Source: Vicugna vicugna
Taxonomy: Eukaryota
Length of the DNA: 64,000 nt
Assembly (NCBI GenBank): GCA_013265495.1
Contig: MU058065.1
Location: 9,465,720 to 9,529,719, forward strand
Direction of reading: 5' to 3'
Position numbers and translations under genes: made by a program
Part shown: positions 37,021-50,877 of the stretch, in pieces
Layout of the letters: every line of letters starts with the position of its first letter
Position numbering within the stretch: the first letter of the stretch is position 1
The notes under the pieces: model-generated
Seen by the model: the letters and a program-made list of their open reading frames with translations, nothing else
What the model was told of the DNA's origin: nothing
Databases searched by the model: none

Positions 37021-37899
37021 CCCGTCAACTTCAACAGCAGCAGCAGCAACATTCCCTTATGTTAATTCTATGTCTTGAATTTGCATATGTGTTTCAACAA
37101 AGGACTGTGGTTGGCTTGCTGACTGACTTAGTGTTTCTACGAACCTCTAGTGAAGAATGTAGCTGGCTAGGGTTTCCTGTGCTCCCTCCCAAAGCCTCTG
37201 CCTTCCACTCCCCACCCCTAACAGAATCCAGAGGGGTAAGTTCACAAAACTAATAGCAAGAAGAGGGGCATAAACAGACAGAAATAGTTCTTACTCAAAA
37301 TAGTTTCTTGGAGGCAGTTTTGGATTCTGCGTTGCGGGCTTGGTCACAGAGTCAAATGCTGTAATAAAAACCAGATAATTTTGTGTTCAACAATAAGGTA
37401 TAATTACATATGCTGAGATAAAAGCAATCAAATATCACGCTCTGTCTGTGATGGAAATCACTGCGTGCTGTGCAGGACTGTGCTGCAGGGGTCTAAAATG
37501 AAATTCCCCCCGAACTGTGTGTAGAATATTAATAGTTGATTAGAGTTCTCTGAGTGTCAAATATAGGTAGATCTAGTGGGAACAGTGGTCCAAAATACAA
37601 ACCCCATTTAACCAGGCTATTCAGAAAGTACAACCAGTAATTCTTGTACCATGTCTGGTATCACTTTACATTTGATTTGAATGATTCTCTCATTAAATTT
37701 CTTCTCTTCCCTTCTGTTCCTCTGTCTCCCTTACCCACCTGTTCACATACATACAAAAACCACATATATTATTATATTCTTATGTCATATGTGGTCGTTA
37801 TCTCAAATCCTCATATCCCCAACCAACTGCCTAACACTGACTGCCTTAATTTTAATATCAGATTTAATACCAGATGACACTGAGAAGAAAAACCTTTTG

Positions 37900-38350
37900 T
37901 AAACAACCATTTCTATGCTTTAACCCAGAAATTCCACTAGTAGGTATTTTTTCCTTAAAAATAAGTAGTTAATTTAGGTAAAGATTTAAGATGTTTATCA
38001 CAACATTACACACAGTACAGGAAAAACTGGAAACCATCTAAATGCACATCAGTAAGGTGCTCCTATGCTGTGGGATACTGTGTGACAGTTAAAATGAGAC
38101 AAAACTATTCATATTAATGTGGGAAAATGTTTGGGATAATCTGCTGAATGAAAAAAAGTAAACTGCTAAACACTAGGTATAATGAAATATTTTAATAAAC
38201 AACAATAAAACACGTATGTATATGTATAGAAAAAACTCTAGAATTACATACATGCTATTTACAGAGGATACCTCTGGGTGGCAGGACTGCAGGCTCTTTT
38301 ACTTTCTATTTTCAACATTTTTTTATTGTATGAGTTACTTTTGCAATACC
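37900..38350 (+). mobile_element. L1ME-type fragment
   Basis: ttaacccagaaattccactagtaggtattt...aaaactggaaaccatctaaatg. Confidence 0.65.
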
Positions 38351-38765
38351 GACAACTTTAATAAGTTTTATTTAAATGTTACATGAGAGGAAAAATTCAT
38401 AAAACATACTGTAGACTAGAACCCCTTACTATTTCTAAAAGTTTTCTTTCTCAGTGTATGAAGAAAGAATGGGGTAGTCATTCAGTGAATCCATGTCCTT
38501 GTCTATAAAACTTACTTTTTCAAGGAATTCTGTCCTAATATATTATACCTGAATAATTGCTCCTTGGCCCCATTATCCCCTAACATTCGTGACTTTGGAC
38601 TTGCATGCCTATATATATCATTTTTCAAATATTCCTAAGTAGTTTTTACACGTATATGTTCTAGATCCTCAAATGTGTAAAATCCTTGGTTATTGCCTTT
38701 TCTTTCTATGGTATAGTTTTCTATGATCAATAAACACTAAGGATTTTGTGATTAATGGGCTAATT

Positions 38766-39096
38766 CAGGGGTCATCAAATAATGGTCTGTGAGTGAAATC
38801 TGACCAACTACATGTTTTTGCACAGACCATGTGCTAAAAATAATTTTTACATTTTAAAATGATTAGGGAAAAAAACCCAAAAGAACAATAACATTTTGTG
38901 ACATATGAAAGTTATGTAAAATTCAAATTTCAGTGTCCAGACACGTTTTATTGGAACACAGACACATTTATTTGTTTACATATTTTCTGTGGCTGCTTTC
39001 ATGCTATAATATAAAAGTTGTAATGAAGACTGTATGTCCCACAAAGCCCAAAATATTTACTAGCTGGTTTTCACAGAAAAAGTTTGCCAGCCCCTG
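38766..39096 (-). mobile_element. MER58B-like hAT MITE
   Basis: Terminal inverted repeats cagggg...cccctg; ttttattggaacacag...aaatatttactagctgg...gaaaaagtttgcc. Confidence 0.85.
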
Positions 39097-39199
39097 AGTT
39101 AGCATAATGTGTGTAAGTAGCATCAGAAAGGTCCTTTTAAAAAAAATCTGCTATTGTAGGATGCGTTTAGTAGTTTGCTGGATTGCATCATTGTTCTCA

Positions 39200-39604
39200 A
39201 TTCTTCTCTGCTGCTTTCGTAATAGGATTATACATCCATATTCTTATGCACATGACATTGCAATGTCTTTCCGTAAAGAAGACAGTATACACCCTTGCCC
39301 CAATGTCTTTAAGCTTGGTCATGGTATGCTTTGGCCAGTGAAATATCAGCAGAAACGATGTGAATGAGGCTTTAAACGTGCTTGCATAGTTTGACATGGA
39401 TTTTTGGGTGTCTGTGGTCTGCCAAGAGGTAGCAGCCATCCGTCCAGCTAACCACTGGTCCCAGAGTGAGAGACATGCAGAACATACCTGAACTTGAAGC
39501 AGAGTCAATTCAGTCAGGGCAAAGACTCGTGAGTGAGAAACGAATGCTGCTAAGAATCACTGAGGTTTGCAGATAATTTATTATATGACAATCTGCCTGA
39601 TACT
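39200..39604 (+). mobile_element. Old MaLR LTR (MLT1I/J-like)
   Basis: gcttggtcatggtatgctttggccagtgaaat...gtgagtgagaaacgaatgc...cactgaggtttg. Confidence 0.6.
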
Positions 39605-40132
39605 CTGGGACTTACCACTTGTTAGTTATGGTGTGGTGTGTGTAGCTCTTCTATGCTAAACATATAGAAACTGGAAATCTCATTAGATTTAGGAAGAAGT
39701 AATATGGATTACCCCAGGTAACCAGTAAATGTAACATACTTATACTGCTTTATGAGTATAGTTATAAGCTTGAGAAAAGTCTGTTTTTTTCACCAAGCTG
39801 TTCTAATGCCTTGAAATCACATTTTCAGTGGGCTGTTGTCCAACAGTATGAAAGCCAGTTGGTTGCTGTTAAAATGAACAAGCTGAACTTCTATGTTTCT
39901 TTCTCCATTTCCCCACTCCTCTTGTTTGATGCATGATGTGACGTGTGATTTTATGCATTTCTGTATATCTGATTTTCAAGTCTTGAAATGTGACTATATT
40001 TTTACCTGTAAAATGGGACACTTTTCTTGATAAAAAATTTTGCTCTATTCTAAACCTATACAAATTTGGTGCTCTTTCCCATAAGTATTTAGAATCTGGT
40101 TATATTACTGGAGATGTGTAATTTTCGTAAGG

Positions 40133-40375
40133 CAAGGTTTCCTAACAGTGGCACTATTGACACTTGAGGCTGGAAAACTACTTGTTGTGGGTGGTTGTCC
40201 CCTGCGCGTTACTATTTTAGTAGCACCCCTGACCTCTATAAACACTGGATGCCAGCAGTGCCTCTCCGATCCACCTACTCTTCCCCATCCTGTGCAGTCA
40301 CTGATGAGCAAACATGTCTTCAGACATTTCTGTATGTTTTCTGGGAGGTGAAATCACCCAGATGAGAACAGCTGC
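40133..40375 (-). mobile_element. MER20 hAT MITE
   Basis: ggcactattgacacttg...tagcacccctgacctcta...ggatgccagcag...atgtcttcagacatt...aaatcaccc...gagaac. Confidence 0.85.
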
Positions 40376-40434
40376 CCTAAAAGTAAATTTTAACGTGGTG
40401 GTTACACATTATAATAATCCAGTAAGTTTTCTTT

Positions 40435-42335
40435 TTTTACATCTTGTTTTGAAATAACTACAAATGCACAGAAAAATCGCAATTATAGTACAAAGAACGC
40501 TCATGTCCCACTTGCTAACATTTGCCAGATGTACTTTTTCTTTTTCTTTCCCACTTTTTTTCTGAATCATTTGGGACTAAGCTGCAGGGAGGATACACTC
40601 TTACCCCTTAATACTAAGTATGTATTTCCTAAGAACAAAGCTATTCTCTTGAATAGTCACAGTATGAGTAACAAAAACAGGAACTTCAATATAATACAAT
40701 ATTATTATTCAATCCACAGTCCATATCCGACTTTTGCCAATTGTTCCCCAAAATGACAATGCTTTTCACAGTCCAGACTCCAGTGAAGGACACATGTTGT
40801 ATTTTGTTATCATGTGTTTTAGTCTCTCTCTCTCTCTTTTTTTTTTTTAGAGTTCTGCAGCTTGCTTTATCTACCTAGTGGTACATCCTACACACCTTTC
40901 CCTAATTCTTTACACAGGTATGTATATATAGATGTACTATAACTCTTTGACCACCACTGATTGATGTTTCGGTTGTTTTGTGGCTTCTTTAAAAATATCT
41001 TTGTTATTACCAACAATGTTGAGATAGATATCTATGCACATTTTCCCAGGGCACGTGTGCTTGTGTATCTATAGGCTAACTTCCTAGCAATGACACTAAA
41101 TATCCTTTAAGAATTAATCTCCTTTAATCTAGAGCAGTTTCTCAGACTTTCACTGGTGTTTAAACCTCAGTATTTTTCAAGAGTACAGACTACTTTTTGT
41201 AGAATGGCTTTCAGTTTGGTTGTGTCTGATATGTACCCATGATTAGATTCAGGTTGTGCAATTTTGGCAGAAACATTATGAGAGCAATGCTGTGAACTTC
41301 TCAGGGCATCTCGTCAGGAACCATGAGATACAGGTTAAAGCCTTTATTGGTGATGTTAACTGATCATCTGGTCAAGGTGGTATATTAGTTTTCTAGGGCT
41401 AGCCTAACAAGTTAGCATGAATTGGGTGGCTTAAAACAGAAGAGCCTTCTCTCACAGTATGGAGGTCAGAGTCCAAAATCAAGGTGTTGTCAGGGCTGTA
41501 TTCCTGGAGGTTCTAGGGTATAATCTTTCTTCCTTGCATCTTCCAGCTTCTAGTGGCTGTCTGCATTTCCCGTGGCTGCCTCATGCCAACCTCTGCTTCT
41601 ATCTTCACATGGCCTTCCTCCTCTTCTGGTCTCTCATAAACACACTTGTCATTGGATTTAGAGCTTGAGTAATCCAAGAGGATTTCATCTTGAGATCTTT
41701 AACTTAACTACATCTGCAAAGACCCTTTTTTTTCCCCAAATAAGGTCACATTCAAAGATCCTGGGGGTTAGAACGTGGAAAAATCTTTGGGGGGCACCAT
41801 TTAAGCCAGTACAGGTGGTACCTGCCAGGCTTTTTCACTATTTTTCTTTTTTTTTTTTATTAACAAGTAATTAATGGGAAGATACTCTGAGACAATGAAA
41901 ATATTCTATTCCTCATTAAACTCTCACCCATTGGTTTTAGCATCTATTGACGATTCTTGCCCAACTGGTGATTTTTTAATTGCATTATTCCGTCCGTCTC
42001 CATTTACTAGTTGGTGTTCTATTGTAAGACCCTTTCCTTCCTTCCTTCCTTTTTTATATCTATACTGACTTATTTTATTCAATGGGTTATAAGCTACATT
42101 GTTCTTTTATTTTCATGCTCAAACTTTCCCAAATGTGGCCATCGAGCGCCCCATCAAGTCGGCTTCTGTGTTCCTGAACATGACCCCCACCATTCTTTGA
42201 GCAACTTTCTTTCTGGCACAAGAAAATGTTCTAAGCTTGTTTTATATTTTTCCCATCTTGGCCCTAGAATCAGCCACTTCACCGAGGATCTTTAGTTTCT
42301 TTTGGTGGGGAATAATATTTAAAAGCCAAGATCTA
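40435..42335 (-). mobile_element. L1MC4-type element interrupted by two insertions
   Basis: tgtatttcctaagaacaaag..., ccatgattagattcaggttgtgcaattttggcag, tagaatcagccacttcaccgagg; interrupted at about 40827-41113 and 41381-41813. Confidence 0.75.
41381..41813 (-). mobile_element. MaLR solo LTR (MLT1C-like)
   Basis: tattagttttctagggct...gtggcttaaaacaga; perfect 5-bp TSD ggtgg (41376-41380, 41814-41818). Confidence 0.85.
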
Positions 42336-43489
42336 TGTCTGAGAAGCCTTTTTAAATACAAAAATTTGAGCCCCACTTTCAAAGACTGTAATTCACAAGT
42401 CCTTGGGTAGGGCCCAGAAATGTACATGTGTATGTGTGTGTGTAAAGTTTCTAGTAGCTTTGCTACACGGCAGTGTGTGAGAACTACAGCTCTAATGCAT
42501 TTGAGGCATGACTTAGTTTACACTACATTTTTCAAAGCACATTTTTTATCTTAAGGGACAAATAATTGCCTCATACCTTAATTACTGGATACCAGAAATC
42601 TAAGCAAGATAAAACCTACACTATCTGAAACATGTATCAGACATCAGATGTCAGTGATGGATGTCTAAGATAGAAAATGTGTTCCATAATGTAAAATAAT
42701 TATTGATTACAAAATCAAGTCAACTTAGATTCAAGTCTAGATGTAATTATAATCTCAATTTAAAAAGAAAGTGGAAATTTTACTTTTAAATTGCATTCAT
42801 CTGACTATAATCTCTCTCTCTCACACACACAAAAGAATACATCACTCTGTGGGAAGGGATGCAGGGAATACAAGAGTTTTCACAATGGAATAGAAAAATC
42901 ATTTATTTCAATATCCGTTGCCTGACTATCTTCAATAATAGATAACTCACAGAAGGAACAAAATTACTTCAGTGAAGCCAGACTGTAGTGTTGAAAAGTT
43001 ATATCACATTTTGGTATTGAACGTGAAAAAGCATTTTTCCCATATGAAATTTTGGGTTAATCTTTTTTTTTCATTCCTTAAAAAAAAAAATAAGTGCATT
43101 CCAGGAACTAACACTTATATTTTGAGGAAGAAGTTCTTGTTCTATCTACAGATAATCAGTGTATATATTGAGACTTGGAGTCTGTAACTTTGCCTTTGTG
43201 AAAAGGAACACAATATACCTCCTTTTTCAGATGGCAGCACTTTGATCGCCCGCTGAGAATCACTGAGGTTAGTTAGAAGAAAATCCCCCATGGGAGTAAG
43301 AATGGTAATTCTTATTATCAACAAATAATGATCGTTGTCATTTTTGAGCTTGTACCAGGAATTGTACATATCATCTCTATTTCTGAATCACGTAAGTAAG
43401 CATCGATAAATGAAGTCACTTGTCCAAGGTCACATAGATCGGAAATGGCTAAGGCAGGACTCAGGCCCAGTCAGGAGAGACCAGGTTAT

Positions 43490-44270
43490 GTTCAGTAACA
43501 AACATCTGGCAAATCCCAGCAGCTTGTAGTGACAGAGGTGCAGCTCAGGCTACGCTGGCACCTCGGTTTGGCTGTGGCTCTATGAGTTTCATCTCCATCC
43601 TCAAGCCCTGGCTGACCGTGAAGCCTCTGTCTGGAATAATGCCAGGAGCTGCAGCAGACGGGAAGGAGGACTGCAAACCACAGGGTGGCTCTGAACCCTT
43701 CCACCTGACAGAGGAACAAAATGGTTTCAGTGCAGCCAACTGCAGCGTTCAACCGCTATGAAACATTTTGGGTTTGAACATCGGTATTTGCATTTCAATG
43801 GCCAGAGCAAGAGAGGCCAAGTTTGATGTCAGTGAGGTGGGGAAGCAAAATCCTCTCACAGGTAGGGGCAGCAAATATTTGTGACTGTAACCAGCTTACC
43901 ACACACTGGTATGCAGGTGGCATAATGTAACCTTAAGCCAGTGCAGCAGTCCCTGGTCTCAGCAACTGGTCCATAGTGTGAAGCAAAAACTTGTTCAATG
44001 GTTTGGAAAAGAGTTGACCTTGCTCTTTCTCTAATAAGGAGCTGCTGCAGCCATTTTTCTGCTGGGAGTAAGTGTGACAAAAAGTCTGCTGATTTGTGCA
44101 GGAAGGCAGTCAGGAGAAGTGGAACCCCAGCACCGAGGATCCCATGAATCTCTGGAACAGCTCACCCTGGGGGTGGTCCCACCTCTGAACTTTCCAGTGA
44201 TAAATCCCAATAAATTCCCTTAGGTTGAACCAGTTTGAAGAAGAACTTCTATTACTTCAATTTCTAATTG
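43490..44270. mobile_element. Degraded MaLR/ERVL LTR fragments
   Basis: MLT1-like minus-strand motifs at about 43490-43880; LTR16/33-like end (aataaattccct...aaccagtttg) at about 44210. Confidence 0.45.
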
Positions 44271-46670
44271 ATAATATTAAAATCCAAGACCTAGCAAAGT
44301 CCTAAACTTTGTCTTGGAAGAAGCACACATGTATATGTGCATGATATACTTAATTTTCTACAAAAAGCAATGTAGTAATACTATGACAATTTTGAAACTA
44401 AGGAGGAAACTATCCATAACCATACTACCCTAGAACAGGAACTACTCATCAGGTCTGGGTATGTTCTTCCACTTCCCCCTCCCCACCATGTGCACTGACT
44501 TTTACATAAGTTGTGTTGAAGCATACAAATCATTTTGTGTCTTACCTTTTCACTTAAATGTATATTTGAATTCTTCTCCCACATTGCTACCTAATATTAT
44601 ATGGATTGCTGGAATAGCTACAAAATATACAGCACTTGGCTGTAACACAGTATCGATGAAAATTTCCCTAATCTTGGACATTTAGGTTGCTTCCAGTCTT
44701 TCACTTTACAGGTAACAGCGCCACATACAGAAATGCGTGTGCGTGGAGAACAGTGGCAAGGGCACACAAGGCGCTATGCCACTGGGCGCTCTTCTTTAGG
44801 CCTCTGAACAGCCCCCTGGACCATCAGGTGACGAAACGCACAGACTCGGGCAGGCGTTGGGCTCTGCCTACTGCATGTCACTGATCTAGATACCCGCAGA
44901 TGTGGACCTGGTCTTACTGTGCTGTTAAAAAAAAAAAACTGGCATAAATATTTTGAAATTTTTCACCATAATAATGAATTCTGATTTGGAATAGTTGGTT
45001 AAAATTCAGAAGATAGTAACTTACAGGTGGAAGCGAGTAGGAGAGGGAAACTTGCAAATGCATCAGTAATAAGTCAGAAATAAGTGCTACTGAGATATAT
45101 CAACAAAGATTATAGGCAAAAGCCAATCTTTTTTGTACTAAAGTCCTCCACTGGCGTGAATTGCTCACATAAATCTGTTTGGCCACTGTCCTGAGGAGGT
45201 TATGCTGAAAGGGGCAGATCTTTACTGTTTCCCGAGAGTCTGTGTACTGCCCTGTGCGGGTCACATGGCTCTGCCGGCCTGGCCTGCTCTCTGGCCTCCG
45301 AGGGCTCTTGTCTCTGGTCCAGAATCCTCCCGTAACAACATTCCTGTGCACTTTCCAGTGAACCTGAGATAATATTTCCCTTGCTTGCTTGAGATTTATA
45401 TTTATATCTGTCTGTTATAAATAATTAAAAGGGGCTGACGTGGTTATTCAAGAGTAGTGTCCAGGCAGTTCTCCAAGTCAATTTATCTTTCTCAGTCTCA
45501 TTTAAAAACTGGAAGACTGGTGGACTCTTGATTAGATGTTGAACTTTTTGGCTCTGCTTATCTTGGTCTGGAGGTACAGGGCCACAGCTGTTGATCTTGA
45601 CACCTGTTTCTCAGTCCAGGTCCTGAACATGATTTCTCGACAACTGTATTAGCAAAAGCATTTAGCCTGTATCCACAAGGCCATTAAAAGCAGAGCTGGA
45701 TAGTTTGTTTAGTGGATCCGATTTCGTAAATTAGGGAATCCTTCTTTGGCAGAGTGTGGGCTGGTTCAGGACAAAGTGGTGGTATGTAGTGGAGCCAGAA
45801 GGATGTATATTAGTAACTTCTGAGCGGAGAACCACAAATGGGCCTCGATCTTCAAAAGAAATGTAGTAAGAAAGTATCTCCCAAGAGTGAAGTTGGTCAA
45901 GCAGGGCCTCCCAGGGAGCGGTGACAGCATCTCCTCTGAGATGATGTGAGTGTAGCTGACCTAAAAGTGAGGGGATTCACAGTTCTCAGGAAGGGGGGAA
46001 AGGATGAGAACTACCAATAAAAATTAGGCCCTGGAAGGCAGTCAGACAAAACGCAATCCCTGCCTGCAACCTTTATACATAATCACTGAGTGAATGAGTA
46101 GCTGGTGCAAGCACTTTGACTGAAATGACTGATTACTAACTTATATCTTTGGCTAAATTCTATTCAAAGAATATAGAGATGTAACAGTGTATCTTTTCAC
46201 TGAGAAATTTTTAATGTTTTCATTTTCAACCAGTGGTTTTAGTATTATTTTAGACAATGCCTTAGAGCTTCTTTTTTTTTTAAGTATTTTTTCCCCCAAA
46301 AAACTCCAGTATGATACCAAGAACATTTATCCCCCTATAATTCAAATTTGGGGTGATGACAAAGCCTGTTACAGGATTTCATTCTGATACTCAATCCTGA
46401 ATATTTAATGTAGACCAACATGTCTTTATTCTTTTCCAACAACTGCCAAGCCTTCACAGCAGCACCACACAAGAGACTTGTTTACAAAGCCTTTGCTCCC
46501 AGCCTCTCTTAGGTCCCCAGAATGTAAGCTGCCTGCGGGCAGACTGCTGGCTTCTCCTCATGCTTAATAAACACTATACTGGCTCAATGGATGATAAATG
46601 CTAATGAATGTTCCTATATCCTTATTGCTATGTTTACTGGGGAAAAAAAAGAGAGAAAGGTTAAGTGGAA

Positions 46671-46731
46671 GTAGACAGATAGAAAGATAGACAGACAGAC
46701 AGACAGATAGATAGATAGATAAATAAATAAA
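46671..46731. repeat. Compound (GATA)/(GACA)/(TAAA) microsatellite
   Basis: Visible tetranucleotide array. Confidence 0.9.
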
Positions 46732-48589
46732 GGTATGTTATGAGAGAACCTGAAGTTCTCATTTAGTGAAATCCATGCTTTAGCACAGTGGCAAGGTGTG
46801 TAGCTGTTTGAAAAGACAGAGAAGCAGCAGAAGTCTGTAGCATGTTTTCGCTTTTCAGAATTTCCGCACTACAGCATATTATTTCAGATTTTCTTAAGGG
46901 TTTTACTCTGTACTCTCCAATTACCCTTTGAGGACCATCACTAAGGGGTGAAGCTGGCACTACTGCTTTCTGAAATAGCCCTCGTGCCTCATGGAGATGA
47001 GATTCTCTGGCTTTCAGTTCCCATTTGGTGACAGCCCCATGCACATCTAGCCTGACAGGCCATTTATTGCTTTTGGCAGCAGAGTGAGCTCTGTGCACAA
47101 GCATGGCTGATGAGGGAAACTCCACGGAGAGACTGAGGAGTGAAAGCAGCCTGGACTGGCTGGGAAAGGGCAGCTCAGGGAGCCGGTGCCCTGGATGCTT
47201 GCTAACGAGGATGGCGGCTCAAAGAGAGCTACTGCTAACCCACAGGAGCCCCACTGGCACGTCCCCCTTCCCCAGTTTCTGCGGGAGCCATCACCCTGCT
47301 CATGCATTCATAGGTCCTCAACCCCACTGCTTGCCCAATATGTATTCTGTAGAGACAAAGGGCAGACTTGAGGATCATTAAGAATATGTGGAGAAAAGCA
47401 GTCATCACATAGCAATTACCCAGAGAGCAAAGAGTCTGAGATTTATTTCTGAATGAAAATTTAAGATGGAAATATACTTGACATCTTTAATCAGTCCCTT
47501 AAAATCACTGCATTCATTTATGCCACACTGACGTTATAAAGATGAATTAATGACTTCAAGTGTGGACTTCAAATCAAAATTATTTCAACTTATGCAAATG
47601 GAAGGATTTTAAAATAACAGGCACATACACCTGTGTATGTTAAACACTAAGGAATTTCCTTTTTTAAAAACCCTAAGCAATAGAATGTTTTCAACCTTAC
47701 CACATCACTCTAGTTATTGACTGGTGAAACAGTGCTCATATAAATACTGTGAGACTTAGTGATTCCTTGCAGAATCTGATTCATTAGGGAGAAGTACTCT
47801 CTGCTATTTTAAGCACTTAGGTTACCTGTTCTCTGAGCCAGTCTACTGTCATAGCAACTGATCTACCACAGAAAAGCAAGGGAGTGCCCTCCAGAAGTGC
47901 TTTTCCTTCCCCTTCATTTGGGAATCTTTCCTTGGCTCTTAGAATTAAGTTTCATAACTCAGGTACCTATTATGGAAAATTTCACTTAATGAATGATAAT
48001 TTTGTGGCAGCTTTTAAATTTCTGAAGTGTCAGATTTAAGGGATGTTCAGATGCTACAGGTTAGCACTAAAGGTTGGGAGAGCATATGCTGGAATACCAG
48101 AAAAATCATGTGACAGATGAATGGGAAAATGAACCCCGTGAGTTTGTATAAATATATCCAGAAAAACTGAGATCGAACAAACCCAGATCAGTCAGAAACT
48201 GAGGGCTTATCTGGATCTCCTTAATTTTAATCACATTATGGTTAATCTGATCCCAAATGGGGTTATAAACTGCTTTACATATTCCAAAAATGTCAAACAA
48301 ACAACTAACCAGTGGCCTGATAAAGCAGTCTCCCATATTTAGACACTGTCCAAGGAGGGAAAAAAAAGTAAAAGTAAGTCCATCGGGGGAAAATGTTTCA
48401 GTGGCTCAGAATCAATGAACAATGAAACCATCGAATATTCTAAAGTCATGAAGTGTTTGTATAACATGGCCATAGATGTTCATTCACCAAGTCGAAGTAT
48501 TAGACTTCAGAAAACACTTAATACTTAAACTCCTTTTTAAAAAGGTGTGTGTGTGGGGTGGAGGGGTAGTATAAGAAAGAAAATACATC

Positions 48590-48942
48590 AGAAATCACTT
48601 ACCTGAAAACTTTGCGGTCCAGAAATATTTGTAATGTAGGACTTTTTAGCTCTTGGATAGGTAAAAATATAAGTATTCTATATCATATGTAAAACCCTGA
48701 GTGAGGCTTGGGCAGCTCCCTGTAATAAAACAAACTGACATTTCAGTGGTGAAATGTATAAACATTCATACTGATTGTGATCAATGAAGATTAAAAATAG
48801 CCTCAAGTCAGTTCAGGGCAGGTTTTGTTGCCATATGAGTTCGGGTCTTGTCAGGCTTTGATGCCATATGAGTTATGAAAAGTCTTTCATTTATCAAACC
48901 TCTTTGGACTTCAAAATTGGCAGGTAAGGGATGGTGAACCTA
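48590..48942 (-). mobile_element. Tigger16-like TcMar DNA transposon remnant
   Basis: tcagttcagggcaggttttgttgccatatgagtt...atgaaaag...aattggcaggtaagggatggtgaacct. Confidence 0.55.
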
Positions 48943-49289
48943 CACTGCTTTATGCAGTGACTAACATTCTCTCTCTCCACTGAATAAAGCTGCATGGACT
49001 GTTCAGAAAGGAAAACAGGTGAATTAAGAGCTGATGGAGCTGCAACAAGTTAACAAAGGAAAATAGTAATATTTGGGAATATCTGCCTTCAAGCAGAATA
49101 TTCTTTACGTTTCTAATAAAAACAGGGAGCTGAGTAGATGGAAGAACAGATTCTTCTGTTATGCTGGCAACACACGTGGGCAATTAGGACACACTTTCAC
49201 ACAACAGTGAGGCCAGAAAGTGAAATAAGGAATAATGGGATGTCTAATAGGTATGATTATGTGACAGACACACTTGTGGAGACAAAGGG

Positions 49290-49470
49290 CAAGGGATTTG
49301 GCATCAATTGGCAGCCTTCTGGAGTTCAAACTTGACTCCATTACTTGCTTATCTAAGCCTCAGTTTCCCCATCTGTGAAATGGGGACAGTAGTATCCTAG
49401 GGTTGTGAGGAGGTACCAATACAATAAAACCTGTAAACACTTAGCACAGTGCCAGCTGTATGAATAGCAG
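49290..49470 (+). mobile_element. MIR SINE
   Basis: ctaagcctcagtttccccatctgtgaaatgggga...gtaaacacttagcacagtgcc. Confidence 0.85.
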
Positions 49471-50185
49471 TTAAGAAAATAAAACAAAAAAATTTCAAAG
49501 TTAATTGTTATCAAATGTACAGATGCAAATATCTCACTCAGTGTGCTTAGTTAACATCAATGGTGTCACGAGATTACATATAAATACACAATCTTCTCTA
49601 TTTGCACCAGGCCTCCGATGGGGGCACTCTTAGGAACATTTGAGAGCTGTCTCTTGCACAGGAATCTTGCTTCAGTTATACCTTAACATAACGCAAGAGG
49701 CTTTTTTGCTAAAATAACTTGCTTCCCCACTGCCCTGTACTTTCCACTTTGTTCTGTGTGACAGTGGGTTTTAAATCAACCAATGTACTAGGCCTCAGAA
49801 TTCTGCTACATCTGGGTTCAAAAAACCATTTTCTTCTATAGTTTTCTGAATTAATCTTCTTTCTTGGTTGTCATATCTCATAACTCACAACTTTCTATGT
49901 ATTGAATTTTGGGCTTTCTCTTCTTTTTCGCCATAAAGCTACATACCTGAAAGATAGCCAGCTCTTTCCTTCTCCCCACCTTAATGTTCACTGTGAAATA
50001 TATACACATACTTTGTTAAATGAAAAAAAAAAATTCCAAAGCCAAATAACATAGGAGAGTGTGTGTGTATGAAGCAAACAAGTAAAATGGGAAAATTTAC
50101 CTTGAACTTTCATAATTTTATCACCTGCCTCCCACTTTGCAGAGATAATTGATGTTAACCATTAGGCCTATGTTCTTCCAAATAA

Positions 50186-50335
50186 CTTTTTTTTTAATTA
50201 AAAATTTTTTTGGGGGGGGAGGGAAATTAGGTTTACTTAGTTATTTACTTATTTAATGGAGGTACTGGGGATTGAACCCAGGACCTCCTGCATGTTAAGC
50301 ATGCACTCTACCACTGAGCTATACTCTCCTCTCAC
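50186..50335 (-). mobile_element. Camelid SINE (vic-1 type)
   Basis: aattaggtttactt...ggaggtactggggattgaacccaggacctcctgcatgttaagcatgcactctaccactgagctatac. Confidence 0.9.
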
Positions 50336-50581
50336 CCCAAACAACATTCTAACTACATACAAACATTTATATCCTGCATGTTAGGGAGGAATTTGTTGTT
50401 GATTTAGCAAAAATAAAATCATTCTATACATACTGTTCTGCAGCCTGCATTTTTCCTGTTTAACCATGTACGATGGACATCTTCTCATATTGTTACTATT
50501 CCCATTCTTCTGTAATACGTTGTATTCCTTAAGCATAATTTGTATAGTTATTAACTTATTCCTTCATTCACCAAAGTAATA

Positions 50582-50877
50582 ATTTTTAAAAAATTATTTG
50601 ATTGAAGTGTAATTGACTTACAATGTTAGTTTCCGTTGTACAACAAAGCGATTCAGTTATACATATATATATACATATGTATTTTTTATTTTCAGATTCT
50701 TTTCCATTATATGTTATTACAAGAAACTGAATATAGTTCTGTGTGCTACACAGTAGGTCTTTGTTGTCTATCTATTTTATACATAGTCACGTGTGTCTGT
50801 TAATCCCTAATTTATACTCCCCTGCTCTTTCCCCTTTGGTAACCATAGTTTGTTTTCTATGTCCATGAGTCTGTTTT
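50582..50877 (-). mobile_element. 5'-truncated L1 3' UTR inserted in an L2 tail
   Basis: Perfect 15-bp TSD ttcaccaaagtaata (50567-50581, 50878-50892). Confidence 0.85.

Noticed and set aside
37033..37050. Polyglutamine-coding CAG repeat
   Set aside because: A short CAA/CAG run at the end of an L1 fragment; the ORF is spurious.
43222..43240. CTCF-like cagatggcagcac
   Set aside because: It lacks the 5' CC half of the core.
48819..48873. 23-bp tandem duplication (cagg.tttg.tgccatatgagtt)
   Set aside because: It lies inside the Tigger-like remnant and is probably an element-internal repeat.
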